NCBI RefSeq assembly: GCF_018350175.1
Contig: NC_058375.1
Span: forward strand, 200,508,001-200,572,000
Origin: Felis catus
Lineage: Eukaryota
DNA: 64,000 nucleotides
Direction: 5' to 3'
A program made the position numbers and the translations under genes. Positions 1 through 13,457 of this stretch are shown piece by piece. The notes under the pieces are model-generated. The model did no database searches. It was given only the letters and a program-made list of their open reading frames with translations, and was not told the DNA's origin. The stretch's first letter is position 1; every line of letters begins with the position of its first letter.

Positions 1-1372
1 ATCTGTGTTGTACATGGTGGGATTATTTGTGCTTCTCTAACCTCACTTTTACCTAAATTGTCTGAATATGTAAAGAAAGAAAGAAATTAATTTAACAGGC
101 TAGGGAGGGAAAGGACTAAATTAGTCACGCGGTTACTAAATCCACCTCCTGTAGGCACAGAATGCATGCTGTGTAGACTTGGTCAGAACATACTCTTTTG
201 AGTGAGGCCACGCATGATGTTTTGGATGAACACACCAAGATCCCATTTCCCTGAAATCAGTTTTGAAGGTCTGTAGAACCCCCAGGTTTTCCGCCAGCTG
301 TGGCCTGGAAGAGCAGCAAGCAGCGCATCATGGTCTGCGAGCCCGGGCTATAAGCCTCAGATGCCTAACAGTCCCGCGAATGATAGGCTTGTATGCGAAT
401 CGGCGGTCAGGGACTATCATCCTTGTCACCTTTGATCTTCAGTGTCACTAACATTTGTTGACTTCTAGAGGGAGGAGTTAAGGTGGCCGGAAAGTAGGGG
501 GACCAGGATTTCCCTTGTCCCTCAAACACAGCTGTATCAAGGTCAGATCCCTTGGAACACCCAGGAAATCAAGCTGCAGAGTGGCGGAAGGATCTCCACA
601 GGTGGAGAGAGACAGCTTGTTGACTTACAGAGGAAGTAGAGGTAAAGGAAGGGGGGCTCCCCTTCACCCCTCGGTCACAACCCAAATGCCCCCTCAAGAG
701 TACATACTGCCCCCCTGTTAAGAACCACCTTTAAATGTTAAGAGTTTGATTCTTTGCCAATTAATTTACATATAAAGTTAGACTCTTCGGAAATTATTTA
801 GAAAACCATGTTGGGAATAGGCAGTTTTTTAATCTAGTTCCTGGTAGTTTTAAAAATAAATGCACACATATGTATTTCTGTTTTGAATATGTACAGTAGT
901 AATGACTGTCTTTGTAGCTGATTTGATTCAAGCAACAGATAATCTTTTTGGTCCATGGTCTCAGCATGGGTAGGGGAAGGACGCTAGACCATTACAGATC
1001 CTGAAATCAGGTTCTGCCTCTGCTGCTTGCCGTGTGGCCTTTGTCAGTGTGCGAACCTATTACCTGCCTTCCAGGCTTATTAAGGACAACGTGCCTGTGA
1101 ATGTACTCTGTAAACTACAAAATGCTTTAAAGAAATAAAGCACCGTGGTATTAGGAAAACCCAAAATAGAGGCCATGGGCAGGACCTTTGAATAGGTCTG
1201 CTTTCCTGTCTTTGTCTTTTTCTTTTAGAACCCTGAGTATACCAGTGCTAACTTTCATAATTACCTACTGCTATTGGACTTAGGCTTTCTTTCTAGTTAT
1301 TACCTGAAAATTAAGGTCTCTATGTGATCAAGGTAGGGGGTTAGGACCCAGGGAAGTGTTGATGGTTTTGAT

Positions 1373-1476
1373 AAGGTGACCACGCATCCCAGTTTACTTG
1401 GGAGTTATTGTCCTGGCATAATGGCTTCCTGATAGGAATTATAGATTATATTGTCCCCCTAGATTTTGACCATACT
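1373..1476. mobile_element. MER94-like hAT-Blackjack fragment
   Basis: taaggtgaccacgcatcccagtttacttggga...tgtcccc. Confidence 0.4.
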
Positions 1477-3964
1477 AAGTTAGTATCAAACCCAACTCAT
1501 TCCGAGGAATGACCATATCCTGCCTTGCCAAACACCTCTTTCCTGTTAATGCCCTGCTGGAGCTAAACACACAAAGAGCAAACAGCAAAATGGAAACCAT
1601 CATAAGGAGAGCAGCTTGGGGCTTCAGTTTATAGCCTGCTTCCTACATCTAGATCTTGTCACCAGCTGGCTGTCAAGCCTAGGACAAAGTAAGAGCATCT
1701 TGTGGGGACTACTCAGAATAGGCTTTGGTTTTCTTGTCTGTCTGGCATCATAGAGCAGAAGTAGAAATACCTGTGGAGGTTAGTATATGTATAAGCTATT
1801 AAGGGTTTAAATGACCCTGAGTAGACACGGCTCAGTCACCAGTCACATTTGTGAGTCCTCCCTCCCTCCCTCCCTCTAGCAGGCAGGAGAGAATCAGGAG
1901 GGGGATAGGGAGGGGGAGGCTTCTTCCAGTCTATACTTTGACCTCCATATAGGTCAGTCCACCTAATCAGCAGTTACAATCCCTACCTAGGTATTGTTGG
2001 CTTTCTGTGGTCACCTTGGAGAGGAAGGAAACACCCCTTTTCTCCATCTGAACCTAACTCTGGACTAGATTTCCTTCTATTCTTTAGAAAGACATAATGG
2101 CATTGTGCTTCAGAGTGTCCCTGGATGTTCGATACTCAAGTGCTTATTAATCCTCATGTCAGTAACACTTGACAGCTCTGTGGTCTTAGCAAGTCCCTTA
2201 ACCTCTAAACAACAGAATAGCGAAGTCACTTGTATTTCATCTGTGGGAAGGCTGGCCCGGGAGAAGCCAGGTCAGGACCTGACTGAGATCCTCTCATTCA
2301 TAGGGGGGATTTATATCTATGGCTTTGCAGGGATGGCTTGAATATTAGGAACACATGCTGCCTGGGGTAGAGACGAGGCAACCCAGGTGCAAGCCCCATT
2401 CCCAGCCTTACATGTTACATTTCCCAGGCCCATCCACCTCTGCAGCATCGTAGATGGGTAAGGGCTCTGACAGGCCCTGGAGGATGTGTCTTGTATCATG
2501 TCTTAGCTTGGGTGAGTCTCTGGTTTTCTCTATGCCTTCTTAACCATTTCATGCTGGGAATTATAGTAGCCCTCGCAGGGCCAGGGTGAGGACCCAGGAG
2601 CAGATGGTGGGACGGCAGGATGGGGAGAGGCCTGTAGGAGGAAGATGACACCACTGAGGAAGCTTGAGGAACAAGAGATGTGATGGTGGTAGTGTTCTTG
2701 CTAATTGGCACCCTTTCTTTTGATGAGCGTTATGTTATAAGTGAGGGAAGAGTTTTAGAGGCAGAGGTGGGTGAAGAGAAAGATTGCCCACCTAGCAGGG
2801 AAGGGGAACTTCAGGGATTAGGAAAACACAGGTGTGTGTAGAGCATTTTATTCTTAGTTCCATCCTGTGTGGGTCTCCCCTCCAAACACTCAGTGAAATA
2901 CTTTTCACTAATGTGTTTGAAGTTGGTTATTTTAGAGGTTTCACATGTGCTATGAACTGTGTGCTTCAGGGACAGTAAGGGTGAAACAGGATGACCATGG
3001 GGAGTGTAGTCATCTCTGGATTACCTTGATTCCTTAAAGTGTAAACCTGAAATCAGTCAAATGTAGGTGACCGTGAACTCAGCTGCTGCTTAGGTAACAA
3101 CATGACCCCCGTGCCTTGATTTTATGGCCCAAATCAAACATCTGCAGCTCCCCTTTCAGAAGCAAGAACAAAGATGAACTCTGTTCTTCAAAGTAACTGT
3201 AGATAACAGCTTGGCAAGGAAAGCACGAAAGGGTAGCATGTGTGGCACATCTGTCATTGCTCACAATTCTAAAGTCGCATTCCAAGCTGTTGGGTTTGAC
3301 TTAATTTAAATGGGGGAAATAGGGGCAAGATCATACACCTCATCAAAGATGCATACACACATTCCCTGTGGTCGCGTGGCTTTTGTTCATCTCACAGGAT
3401 GCTGTGTCTGTTCTGGTGTTAAGACTTTTTACACTCTATGGAAAGATCTCCAGGGATTTTGAAAACAGGAAAGAGATTCCTTTCCCCTCTCTGCTGGTCT
3501 GCCTGCTTGGATTAGAAACAGTCTTGCTCAGAAGCAGAGGGAAGGGCACGGTAAATTCCTGGAAAATCTAGACAATCTTAGGGAATATATACATGACTTT
3601 GCTCTATCTCAGTCCTAGCAAGAATAAAAGGTTGGAAAGTATGTCCCATCTCTTATCAGTTTGCATCCACAGCATTTGGCAGAGGGCGGGGGTAAAAGGG
3701 AGTCGTAGGGCATTTCCGATGCCAGGTGGCATAAAGCCCCAGCCTTATCTGGGAATGTCTGATAGGGGTTGGAAAAAACCAGCAGAAGTTGCCCTGAGAG
3801 GGACCTGTCATTTCTGCAGATTTGGCAACACCCAAGAACATCTTTGTCAACCCTGTGTCCCAATGTTTGCCAGATGAGATGAGGAGAACAGAATGTACTC
3901 ACCTCTCAGAAGAGGAGAGTCTATTTGGAGCAAAAGGCTGAGGCATGAGCAATAATATAGAAAT

Positions 3965-4048
3965 TCTGGCTTTTTTTCTTTTTCTTTGCTATGCTTTTCT
4001 TTACTTTCTTTTTCTATACTTCTGGCTTTTTTTTCTTTCTCTCTCTCT

Positions 4049-4085
<37 letters not shown>
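3965..4085. repeat. T/CT-rich low-complexity tract ending in a T run of over 30 nt
   Basis: Directly visible. Confidence 0.9.
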
Positions 4086-4088
<3 letters not shown>

Positions 4089-6689
4089 GCAAGAGGAAAA
4101 ATAATTCCAAGCCAAGATCTCACAAGTAGGGCTGTGGGGCATGTGTGGTGGGTGAAAGGAGGCCTCAGGCCATTTGGAACACTGCTTGCAGGTTGTCCAA
4201 ACCCACTGGTGGTGGGCATGGGACTTAGAAACAAGACAAAAAGGGCTAGAGTTCTGGTGTTCTTCAAAGTAGTCTTGGGAGCCGACGCGTTTGGTTTAGT
4301 CATCTCCTTGGAGCAAACCATCTGCATTGTTTTGATCATTATTCACAAGGTTTGGCCAGAGGTGACCTCCCACTGTTTTCAGACATCAAATATATTCTTA
4401 GAAGTTGGAGGCCACTGCAGGTATCCAAAAGGATGTATCAGAGGCTCAAAGACAATTTGAGAAAAAGTTTTGTCACTAGCAGCATAAATATTTTAGCATA
4501 AGCGGCTTGAGTTTTCATTTCAAATGTACCTTGTTGTCAAAGCAGCAGGAGGGTTGCCAGACTCTCCACTTTGGACAAACAAGAGGCAAAGGGAACAAGG
4601 AGATCTTTGGAGAGCCCAGAAACCTGATGGGTCTTTCTCGCAGTCCGTTTCCTGGGATCTTTTCAAATACAGTATTTCTTCCAATCCAAAATACCAGTAA
4701 TTATGTTAAGAAAGGGGGAAACAAACAAACACGGTAGCCTTTTTAGTCTGTATCCCGATTTTTACAATACTAAAATATTACACAGTCTTTTCCCCGGAAG
4801 TGATGAACTCAAGTACCTGGCCCTCGCTGCCCTCGCCAATGTCGCAGTACGGATGTGAACCTCAGTCAGGACAGTCCAGAGAGCTTCGGGCTGTAAATGA
4901 TGGGAATACCAGCTAACACTGGCTTCAACAAAATCAGGCTTTGTTTTCTCGGTGTGCCGAGAAGTCTGGCTCCGACAGCTGTCTGGGATTCGGTGGCTCA
5001 GTAACATCAGGGGGAGGCTGCAGTTCTTGACGCCTTTTCCTCCTGTTCCCATACAAAGACTGAAAGGCGGCAAGGGCAGCACCAGCTGTGCCTCTTTATC
5101 AGGAAAAACGGGAGTGATGTAGACCACTGTCTTTGGGCAGAAATTTTGAAATCTGTCACGTGTCTAACCCTCAGGGCAGGGAAGGCTGGCGGAACCAGAG
5201 GGCATGTTATTCCAGCCAACCCGTAGGAGACCATTCAGGTAGGCGGGGCAGAGAACGGATATCCGGTTTGCCACCCGGAAGTCTCTTCCACGCAGTTCCT
5301 TCACTTACTAACTCTGTAAATCCAGACTAAGTCTTCAAACCTAGACTTCCATTCTGCGGGATGTATGGTAATTAGTGGCTTTGAGACTTAAAATCCATTG
5401 GCTGAAGTAACACTGTCTGAGGAAGCCAGTGCCGGCTGGTCCCTTTCAGCCTCCCACCCATCCCCCTACATCCTATGTGATCGCCAGAGATTCTTGCAGA
5501 AGCCTCTGGATAGAGCTGCAGCGGGTTCTGCTGTCTGCCATGACGCCCGGGCCTCTCGTGGACCTCCATCCTCAAGGCCTGCTTACGAGGCATGTCACGC
5601 CTCTCGCAGCCCTTGGCCCTCGTTATGCCAGAACTTGGGTGAGTGCTGTGAGCGTGCGCAGCTGTCCTGCCCGCCCCGACCACTGTTCCCAGGAGGGCAC
5701 GTGGGAGCTGGAGGGGTACCCAGGAAGGAGTATGGGCACGAAATTTGAATTTTGAAGCCAGGGCTTCATGCACCTGCAGAGTCTGGGCATTTGGTGAGTT
5801 CACACCTTTTCTACCCCTCTTTCCTAGAATTTAATTTCCACTGAATGTCATGAATAATTCAGACCCGAGCCCGGAATCAGATAGCCTACATTTCAAAGCT
5901 TGCCACTACCATTTCCTGGTCTTACCTTGGCCAGGTTACTCGCCCCTTCCTAGCTCTGGTTTCTGCAACTGTCAGACAGGGTTTGTGTTACTAGCACACA
6001 TTGCTAGTACGGAGGAGGATGACCCACAAAAATGCTTTGCACATAATAAGTGCACAGTAAATATTCCCCATTATCAGCTTCTCCAGTTTCCATTTCTCCT
6101 CTATACCAGCATCTGTCTGGCTTTAAAATGCTCTGCTCTTCCTCTACGAGTGGACATCCCAGTCCTACATGGATTAGCTCAACATTAGGAGGAACAATTC
6201 CATCTCTGTCCTTACCTTGCTCTGTGATCCAGGGTGTATCACCCAGCACAGCATCTGTTTTCTCCTACAAACCGGAGAGCTGCCTTTTGAGTGTTGAAGC
6301 AGGAAACGAGGAATAGGAAGCTCTCTAATAGAAAAGGCAGCTTGAGTTCTAGATGGGCAGAGACATGTGTGCGCGTGTGTGTGCATGTGTGTGTGTGTTA
6401 TGCATTTCAAGTCTTAGATCCTCAGCAGGTTCGTCACATTGCAATGTGTCACTTGTCTCCTTTGCTTAAAGATTCCCCTCCCCAACTTCTAGCTCTATGG
6501 GCCCTACATACTCCCAACAGCTTCAGGGTTAGATGCCTTTTATGGGCTACTTTGATTAGTGTCCTAATAAGGATTTAATCACACTCTTAAACTGCCATGG
6601 GCCCACTGGCAAAGGCAGGCAGGGGAGTGCCTGACATTTATTAATAGTCTAGGCCAAGAAGATACTCAGAGTTTCAGGGCTGAAAGGTA

Positions 6690-6736
6690 TTGTGTGTGTG
6701 TGTGTGTGTGCATGCGTGTGCACGCACACATGCGTG
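6690..6736. repeat. (TG)n microsatellite
   Basis: Directly visible. Confidence 0.9.
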
Positions 6737-6914
6737 AAGGGAGAGGGGCAAAAACAGCTCCTTGACTTCACAGGCACAATATATGTGTGCACACAGACTC
6801 ACACATACATACTCACACACATACACTCACTACACATGCAGGTACATTCCTGTACCTAGTGTATCCACATACTTGCACACATTCCCTTGCTGGGCCACTA
6901 TATTCGTTCCTGAG

Positions 6915-7085
6915 AACATCTTTTTATAAGGAGCCAGTCACTGGATTAGGAGACCACCATACTTCAGTGGAACTTCATCTTAACCACACCAGCAGCAACT
7001 CTATTTCCAAATAAGGTCACTTTCTGAGGTACTAGGAGTTGGACTTTAACCTCGCTTTTGTGGGAGACCCAAACCAACCCATAAC
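6915..7085 (-). mobile_element. MLT1 LTR fragment
   Basis: ttataaggagccagtcactggattagg...ctatttccaaataaggtcactttctgaggtact...aacccataaca. Confidence 0.75.
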
Positions 7086-7309
7086 AGCCACTAAGATTGG
7101 GTATCATGTTTGCAGGGAGCAAACAGGTAGAGTCACGAGAAAGAGCGGTGTGGTACAGGGAGGAGGTGGATTGAGTTGGACACACACACCTGTGAGCAGG
7201 CCTTTGGGGAGTATGTTTGTGTGTTTATCAGATACCTAGAACGACACCTGAAATATGGAAGGGGCTGAATCGTTTCAGTCTCTCCTTTCTGTATATTACA
7301 AAATGGGGG

Positions 7310-7506
7310 GGGGCACCTGGGTGGCTCAGTCAGTTGAATGTCTGACTCTTGGTTCTGGCTCAGGTCGTGATCTTGCAGTTTGTACGTTTGAGCCCCGCAT
7401 CGGGCTCTGCGCAGACAGTGCAGACCTGCTTAGGATTCTGTCTCTCTCTCCCCCTTTCTCTCTGCACCCTCCCCTCACTCGTGCACTCTAAATAGATAAA
7501 CTTAAA
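7310..7506 (+). mobile_element. Can-SINE (SINEC_Fc type)
   Basis: ggggcacctgggtggctcagtcagttg tRNA-derived head, (CT)n tract, A-rich tail. Confidence 0.9.
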
Positions 7507-9040
7507 GTTCTTTAGAGGTGTGCGTGCATGCACATGTACACACACACACACACACACACGTTAGATGTTCTCGCTCGATGGAGAGGTAGCAAGTATATAT
7601 CTCGGGTGAGTGGAAAGGGTCAGACTGCGGAATTGTGAAGTGTCTGCAATCGTGAAGTATTTCTTGAGAATGTGAACGCGAAACAAAGTGCAAAGTATTC
7701 TACAAATGTTGGCTGTTATTGCTACGTCTGTGTCTTTGTGTCCTTGTATCCATGAATTCTTACACGAGAGAGACCACATGCTCAGCATCTAGTCCCAGCC
7801 CTGATCTTTTATGTTTGCTCTAATGGGCATTATGTGGGACAATGGGATCTTTTATCCAGGACCATGTCTGGCAAGAAGGGTCTCTTGTCTCGATATTCCA
7901 GCCACCCTACAAGTAGGTCCACATGCACACTTATTCGCGACCTGTGGCCCAGGTTCCTAGTCCATAAAATTCCATTTAGTGAGCATGCATTGGGCACCTG
8001 CTGTATCCAAAACACCACTGGGCACTCCAGAAGGTCAGAGTGGGAGAGCATACTGCTAGTCCTCCAAGTTCACAAAGAGCCCAAATCCGCAAGGTGGGAA
8101 AGGCTCCAAAAGGGACCCAAGAAGAGTTTGAAGGGACTGAAGTCGACATGAATTTCAGTCCTTGGTAAGCAAGGACACTTTCTGGAGTTGGTGGCATTTC
8201 AGACAGACCATGAATAGAACAGAATCTAGTAAACAGGGAGGAGCAGGGCAGCATTCAGGCCAAGTTCAGGGAGGTTTGGTCTGGCTGGAGGGTGAGACAC
8301 ATGATGGAAAATGATGGGCAGCTGTGGGCAAACCCTGTTTTTGAAAAGAGAAATGCAGCCAGATGGGCCCTTCAGCAAGGTTATGCTGGCAGGCACGTGC
8401 AGCAGGGATGGAGAGGGTGCAGGGAGAGCTGTTGGAAAGTCACTGAAAGACTGGGGAGAGAGTGAGGGTCCGAACCAGCCAGCCCCCAAGGAAGCAGGGA
8501 GGACAGTGGCCGAGAGGTGACCCCACCAGCAGCCATTAGGTGGTGGAAGTCCGTCTCTCCCCTCCCTCTAGGTTCCTGAGATTCCTGGGACACCGAGGCC
8601 TGGTGTCAAGAGCACGTACCCAACTGTCCCCTTCTGTGCACTTGCCAGGCTGAGTTAGCTTGCCCCCCAGCCTGTTCCCTCTCCTCCTCTCAGCAAGCCA
8701 CCTGGCTGCTCACTGTTCCACCTTGACACACCCATCCCTCTCCCTCCTGCCTCAGCCACAACCCTCTCTGACCTTTCCCCGCCTTTCAGGAAAGTGCTCA
8801 CAACCTGCCACCTCCTGTTTTCTGCGGCCTCCTGCAAAGCTCTGGTCTGTGTCACCTTTGGCCACCTTTACCTGTGGTCTGTGGAGCAGAATAAGCACAG
8901 GGCTGGCCCCGCCTTTGTGCACTCTGTCCTGTCTGGGGTCCTGTCCCCTGGGGCCCACACTTGGTGAGAAGTAGGGTAGGAACCACACAGCTGCTCAGTG
9001 GGGAGGCTTCAGGTAGGGCTACGCATCCCTGCCCTCCCTG

Positions 9041-9186
9041 CAGTGGTTTCCAAACTTTGCTGTACATTAGAAACACCCAACAAGCTTTAAGAACTCCCAT
9101 GGGGTGAATCCAAATTCAGGAACCAGGCATCATAGTGTACAAAGATCTCCAGCTGATTGCACATGTGGCCAAGTTCGGGCACCATC
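9041..9186. mobile_element. MER5A1-like hAT element
   Basis: cagtggtttccaaactttgctgtacattagaaacacc...gccaagttcgggcacc. Confidence 0.65.
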
Positions 9187-9918
9187 TCCTGGTGTTTCCC
9201 TCCTACTCTTGGCGGTATTTGCCTCTAAACATCTGCCTGAAGGACACTGGCAGGAAGGTTGTCTCGCTACTTCTTCCTATGTAGCTTGGAGGTCTTTAGC
9301 CTTGTGCATCTCAGAGCTGGAGGGCATGAGATAGGGACTCTTTGGCTCTTTCCCTCCTCACCTGTCCCTTTCTCTTCCCTTTCTCCCACCAAATTAAATC
9401 CTGGTCAGTGAGGCAAGAGCATTCTCCCCACTGCACAGAATGAAACAAGCCCCTAAAGAAAGCAGAGGGGAGAGTACACGTCGAGTCCCTGCCTTGGGTA
9501 TGTCTGTTCTGACTTATTCAGAGTCATATAATAAAGGGAGGTTGAGGTTCCCCCACCAAGCCAACCTCTACTTCAATATTCTCTTCCTCTTCCAGTCCCC
9601 CAGCAATGGTTTTTTTTCTTAAGCATTATAACCCTTCCCTCAAATGAAAGCCTAGGCAGAAGCTTCACACATGTGACAGGTAGCGGTGGGGCTGTTCTGG
9701 ATGAGAAGAGTTGGGGGGAAGGGGAATGGGTGGTCAGGCAGGGTACCCCAGGCCCATCCACTGGGCAGTCTGGTAGTCTCAATGTAGTGGGGAGATCATT
9801 GGATGAGGAGAGGGGCACCTGGGCCTGGGGGTAGCTCCGCAAGTCACATAGTCCCTGTCGGCCCCACGTTTCTTATCTGTAAACTCAGAATGGGAGGTGG
9901 GTGAGGGAACTCGCCCTC

Positions 9919-9921
<3 letters not shown>

Positions 9922-9959
<38 letters not shown>
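9922..9959. repeat. (CA)n microsatellite
   Basis: Directly visible perfect run. Confidence 0.95.
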
Positions 9960-9962
<3 letters not shown>

Positions 9963-12900
9963 GACCAGAGGAGCTCCCTCTCTGTTTTCTTTACTGCAGA
10001 TACATGTAAGATATTGTCTGATCATAGAGCTCCATGACTTTAAAAAGTTCATAAACACTGGTCTACCTGAACGCTTGAAGGATACTTCCTGGTTGATTTC
10101 ATTCCTTTCTTCCACAAATACTTATGGAGAATTCCTTACCAAGTGCCAGGCACTGTTCTAGGCACATTGGGAAATAAAACTGACAAATCTCAAAGATGGA
10201 GCACACCCACCATTCTCAGGGAGCCACTGGGGCTTTGAAACAAAGTAACAGAATTCTCCCCTGTTAAAATTCAACACTTTTGCCACGTGAAATTTTCCTG
10301 ATTGTCACCCCATTTCCATACAAGAAGAAGTCACAGGGCCATGTAAAAGGTACAGATGCAGAGAGCTAGGGACTTTTCCTTATAATCTCACAGTGAATCT
10401 GTAAGGCAGGCAAAGCTGAAACTCTGAAGCCATCTCCTGGTGTAAGTCAAAGTGTCTCACAAGGATAACCCCATCTCCCTGCCCTCCTCTTAGCTATACT
10501 CACTCCTTGTCTCTCAGCCATGTCCTTTTCATGCCATGGTACCGAAAAGCACAAACACCTACAGGAAGCAACTGAGTAGAGAGTTCAAGGGCATTTCTAG
10601 GACATCTCCATCTTTGTTCCTGAGAAGTCTCACACGACAGGCCATCCAGAGGAGGAACCCTGCAACCCCCCTTCTTCCTTACAATATTATGGCGAAATGA
10701 TGCTAACTCCCATTAGGGTAGTGGTGAGGACACAGAGAAACAGAGGGGCCTAATGTGTTTTCTAGAATGAATGTTCACTCCTGGGAGGCTTAAAAGACTC
10801 CAAGGGTTCCTCCCTCCATTCATTGGCTCCTTTTCTGAAAGTACACCTATCTCCTCCTAGCTCAAGGCTTTGGTCCTTGTTAAAATGGAGATGCTCCTAA
10901 TAAAGGTAATAGTTTAAACTGTTATCAGCTATTTATACCTTGGTGTGAATGAAAGATCCAAAGTATATTTTGTTTCAGGGATTGTAGAACACTGGGAGCT
11001 CGGATGTGGGGGAAGAACTGATACAGAAACAGACACAGAATTTTTGTAGACCAAAGGCAACAGGTTGCTGTATGTTGTGAGGATGCAAATCGGTACCTAC
11101 TATGGCTTCATTCAAGTGAGAAGCCCAAATTGGATCTCATTCTGATATTCTAGGACCTGTGGGCTACACAAAAAAGAGAGAAGTTTGGTGTCTCTGCCCC
11201 AGAAACAGTGGGGTTCCTTCTTGGAGTCTGAGACTTACCTTGTCTGGATTCTGACATAGAGATAAGCCAACCATTATCACAGGTAGTCGGGGACCAGAGT
11301 AGCAGTGTCACTTATGACCAGGAAAGCACCAACACCACCCCCCCCCCAACACACACACACAAATGCAGGGCTTCTGGTGCCATGGGCTGAAGAGCTGTGC
11401 TTGGTCCTGAGGCCTTACTTCACAGTAGCTGGCAGAACCGAGAGTGATAAGATCATCCCTGGATGCAGATGGAAAATGGGGAGTTCACTGTCCCTGAGCA
11501 CAGGGGTCAAGAAAGGAGAAGGTGAAACCCTCTTTCAAACTCCTAACACATTCTGCTCCTGGGAGGAGAAGAAAAATCCACTTCTCAGGAAACGGTCCCC
11601 CTGCCCCACCTGGGGAATTTGAGGATCAGATGCCTCTGCTTAATTAGAGTGGGCTTCTGGGGACAGAGGCTCCGCAGGGAACATAAAGCAGAGGAAGGCG
11701 ATGGGACTGACCCACGAAGACCCTGCTCTCTTTCAGGCATCGGTCGGAAATGAAGGGCTGGAAGACGCTCCAGCTAATTGCTCTCTGGCCCTGAGATGAC
11801 ACCTCCCTCCCCAGTCAAAGTTTTCATTAATCATGCCACCAGATGGGCTGTCATGGGCCCCAGCAGCCAGGGTAATGAACTCATTTATTATCGGGCTCCG
11901 TCAGCGGGAGGCCATCCAGGCTTCTGGGAAAAGAAGAGAAGCCCTTGACGTTGGAGCCCACGACGCAGTTGGGGGGAAATGTCTGGAAATGCTTTGGTTG
12001 CAGACCATCCGCTGGCCCTTAAGAAGGAAGGAAAAGGGTAGCATGGACGGGGATTGTGTCTCCGGCTGGAGCAAAAGGCCTGGGGAGCATGGTGCTTTAG
12101 GTGGCCTGAGAGGTGAGCCTGGTCCTCAGGTACCCCCTCCACCCACCTGACTCATGAAGTTAGCTTGCTGTGGGATAGCCATGGCATGTCTGTGGCATAG
12201 CAGTTCTCAGAGATCCAGGGTCATGTCCTGTAGACGACTTGCTGGATTTTACGTTCTGGGTTGTCTTACTCATTCTCCCTCGTGCCCATGCTGTGTTATG
12301 TGGGGCAAGTGTTTAATGGTATTGAATTAACGGAAGGATGGATTAATGAATACACAAGTATGGAGAGCCCACCATGGAAGCTACCACTATAGAAGAAAAG
12401 CTTCTCTTGAGCCCAATTCAGGTCTGGGATTTGAAGAAGTGCCTCATTCAGAGCCTGGATCTTATAGATCCAGCCCATGGCGAGTTTGGGAGATAACAGC
12501 GTACCTCTGACAGGACTGAGGTGGACAGAACACACAAGTGTGGCCACGAGGCCAAGGAATGGGCACAAAGTGTCACAGCGAGAAGGAACAGTAGAGGACA
12601 CCTGGTCTGTCCCCTCCCTGGCTGAGGAGCCTGAGAAGGGTGGAGGGTTTGCCTGACTGAGGTCACTCAGGTAGTTGGTGGCACTGGTGTGCCTGGACCC
12701 AGGTCCCCAGGCTTCCTGAACGCTCTCTGCAACCTGCTCACCGGGGTCCAGTTGACCTTGGTCACTTACTACACTTATCCTGCCCTTTGTGTTGGCATTT
12801 GTGTTTTGTCTGCAGAGCAGAATCCCTCTTTTCTCCTTCCAGAGTTTGTGTGTGGGAGAACACCCTTGCCCAGCCCCTCCTTCCCTGATGTCCCTGAACT

Positions 12901-13173
12901 GTGAGGGTGCAGTTAGGCAGGGAGCCAGGCCACTGCCTTGCGCATGTCCGCACATGGGAACAGGCTTGGGCCTTGTCATTTGTGCAAAGGGTCTGGGTGT
13001 CTCTGTACTCTGGGGTACACATCTCACTCTTTGTTAAGCACTACGAGGAGGAAACAGGGACTGTTTTGTTGGGTCTGTTTCCTTGCTGATTATCATGAAT
13101 ATTTAGTGGTGTGGAAAGGCAATGAAGTGCCTTAGTCCCTGCTATGAAATCAGACTCTCTAAAATAAGTCTTT

Positions 13174-13336
13174 GGGGCACCTGGGTGGCTAAGTTGGCTA
13201 AGCATCTGACTCATGGTTTTGACTCACGTCATGATCTCACAGTTTGGCGGGATCAAGTCCCACATCGGGCTCTCGTGCTGACCGTGTGGAGCCTGTTTGG
13301 GATTTTCCCTGTCTCTGCCCCTCCCCTGCTTGCATG

Positions 13337-13387
<51 letters not shown>

Positions 13388-13457
13388 CCTCTCAAAATAA
13401 ATAAATAAACTCAAAAATAAATAGCTAGATAGAGAAATAAATAAATAAAAATAAAAG
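13174..13457 (+). mobile_element. Can-SINE
   Basis: Typical head, long (CT)n, aaataaataaa tail, degenerate TSD aaaataagtcttt/aaaagaagccttt. Confidence 0.9.

Noticed and set aside
3945-4460. ORFs and poly-T suggesting a processed pseudogene
   Set aside because: The ORFs are driven by the T/CT tract. I see no recognisable parent gene, no properly spaced poly(A) signal and no TSD.
1-5000. Possible XRCC5 3' exons (neighbouring gene in human)
   Set aside because: No Ku80-like coding sequence found in the window.
12296-13027. Longest ORF in the track (243 aa, minus)
   Set aside because: No recognisable domain, non-ATG start and no splice context. Consistent with chance in GC-rich DNA.
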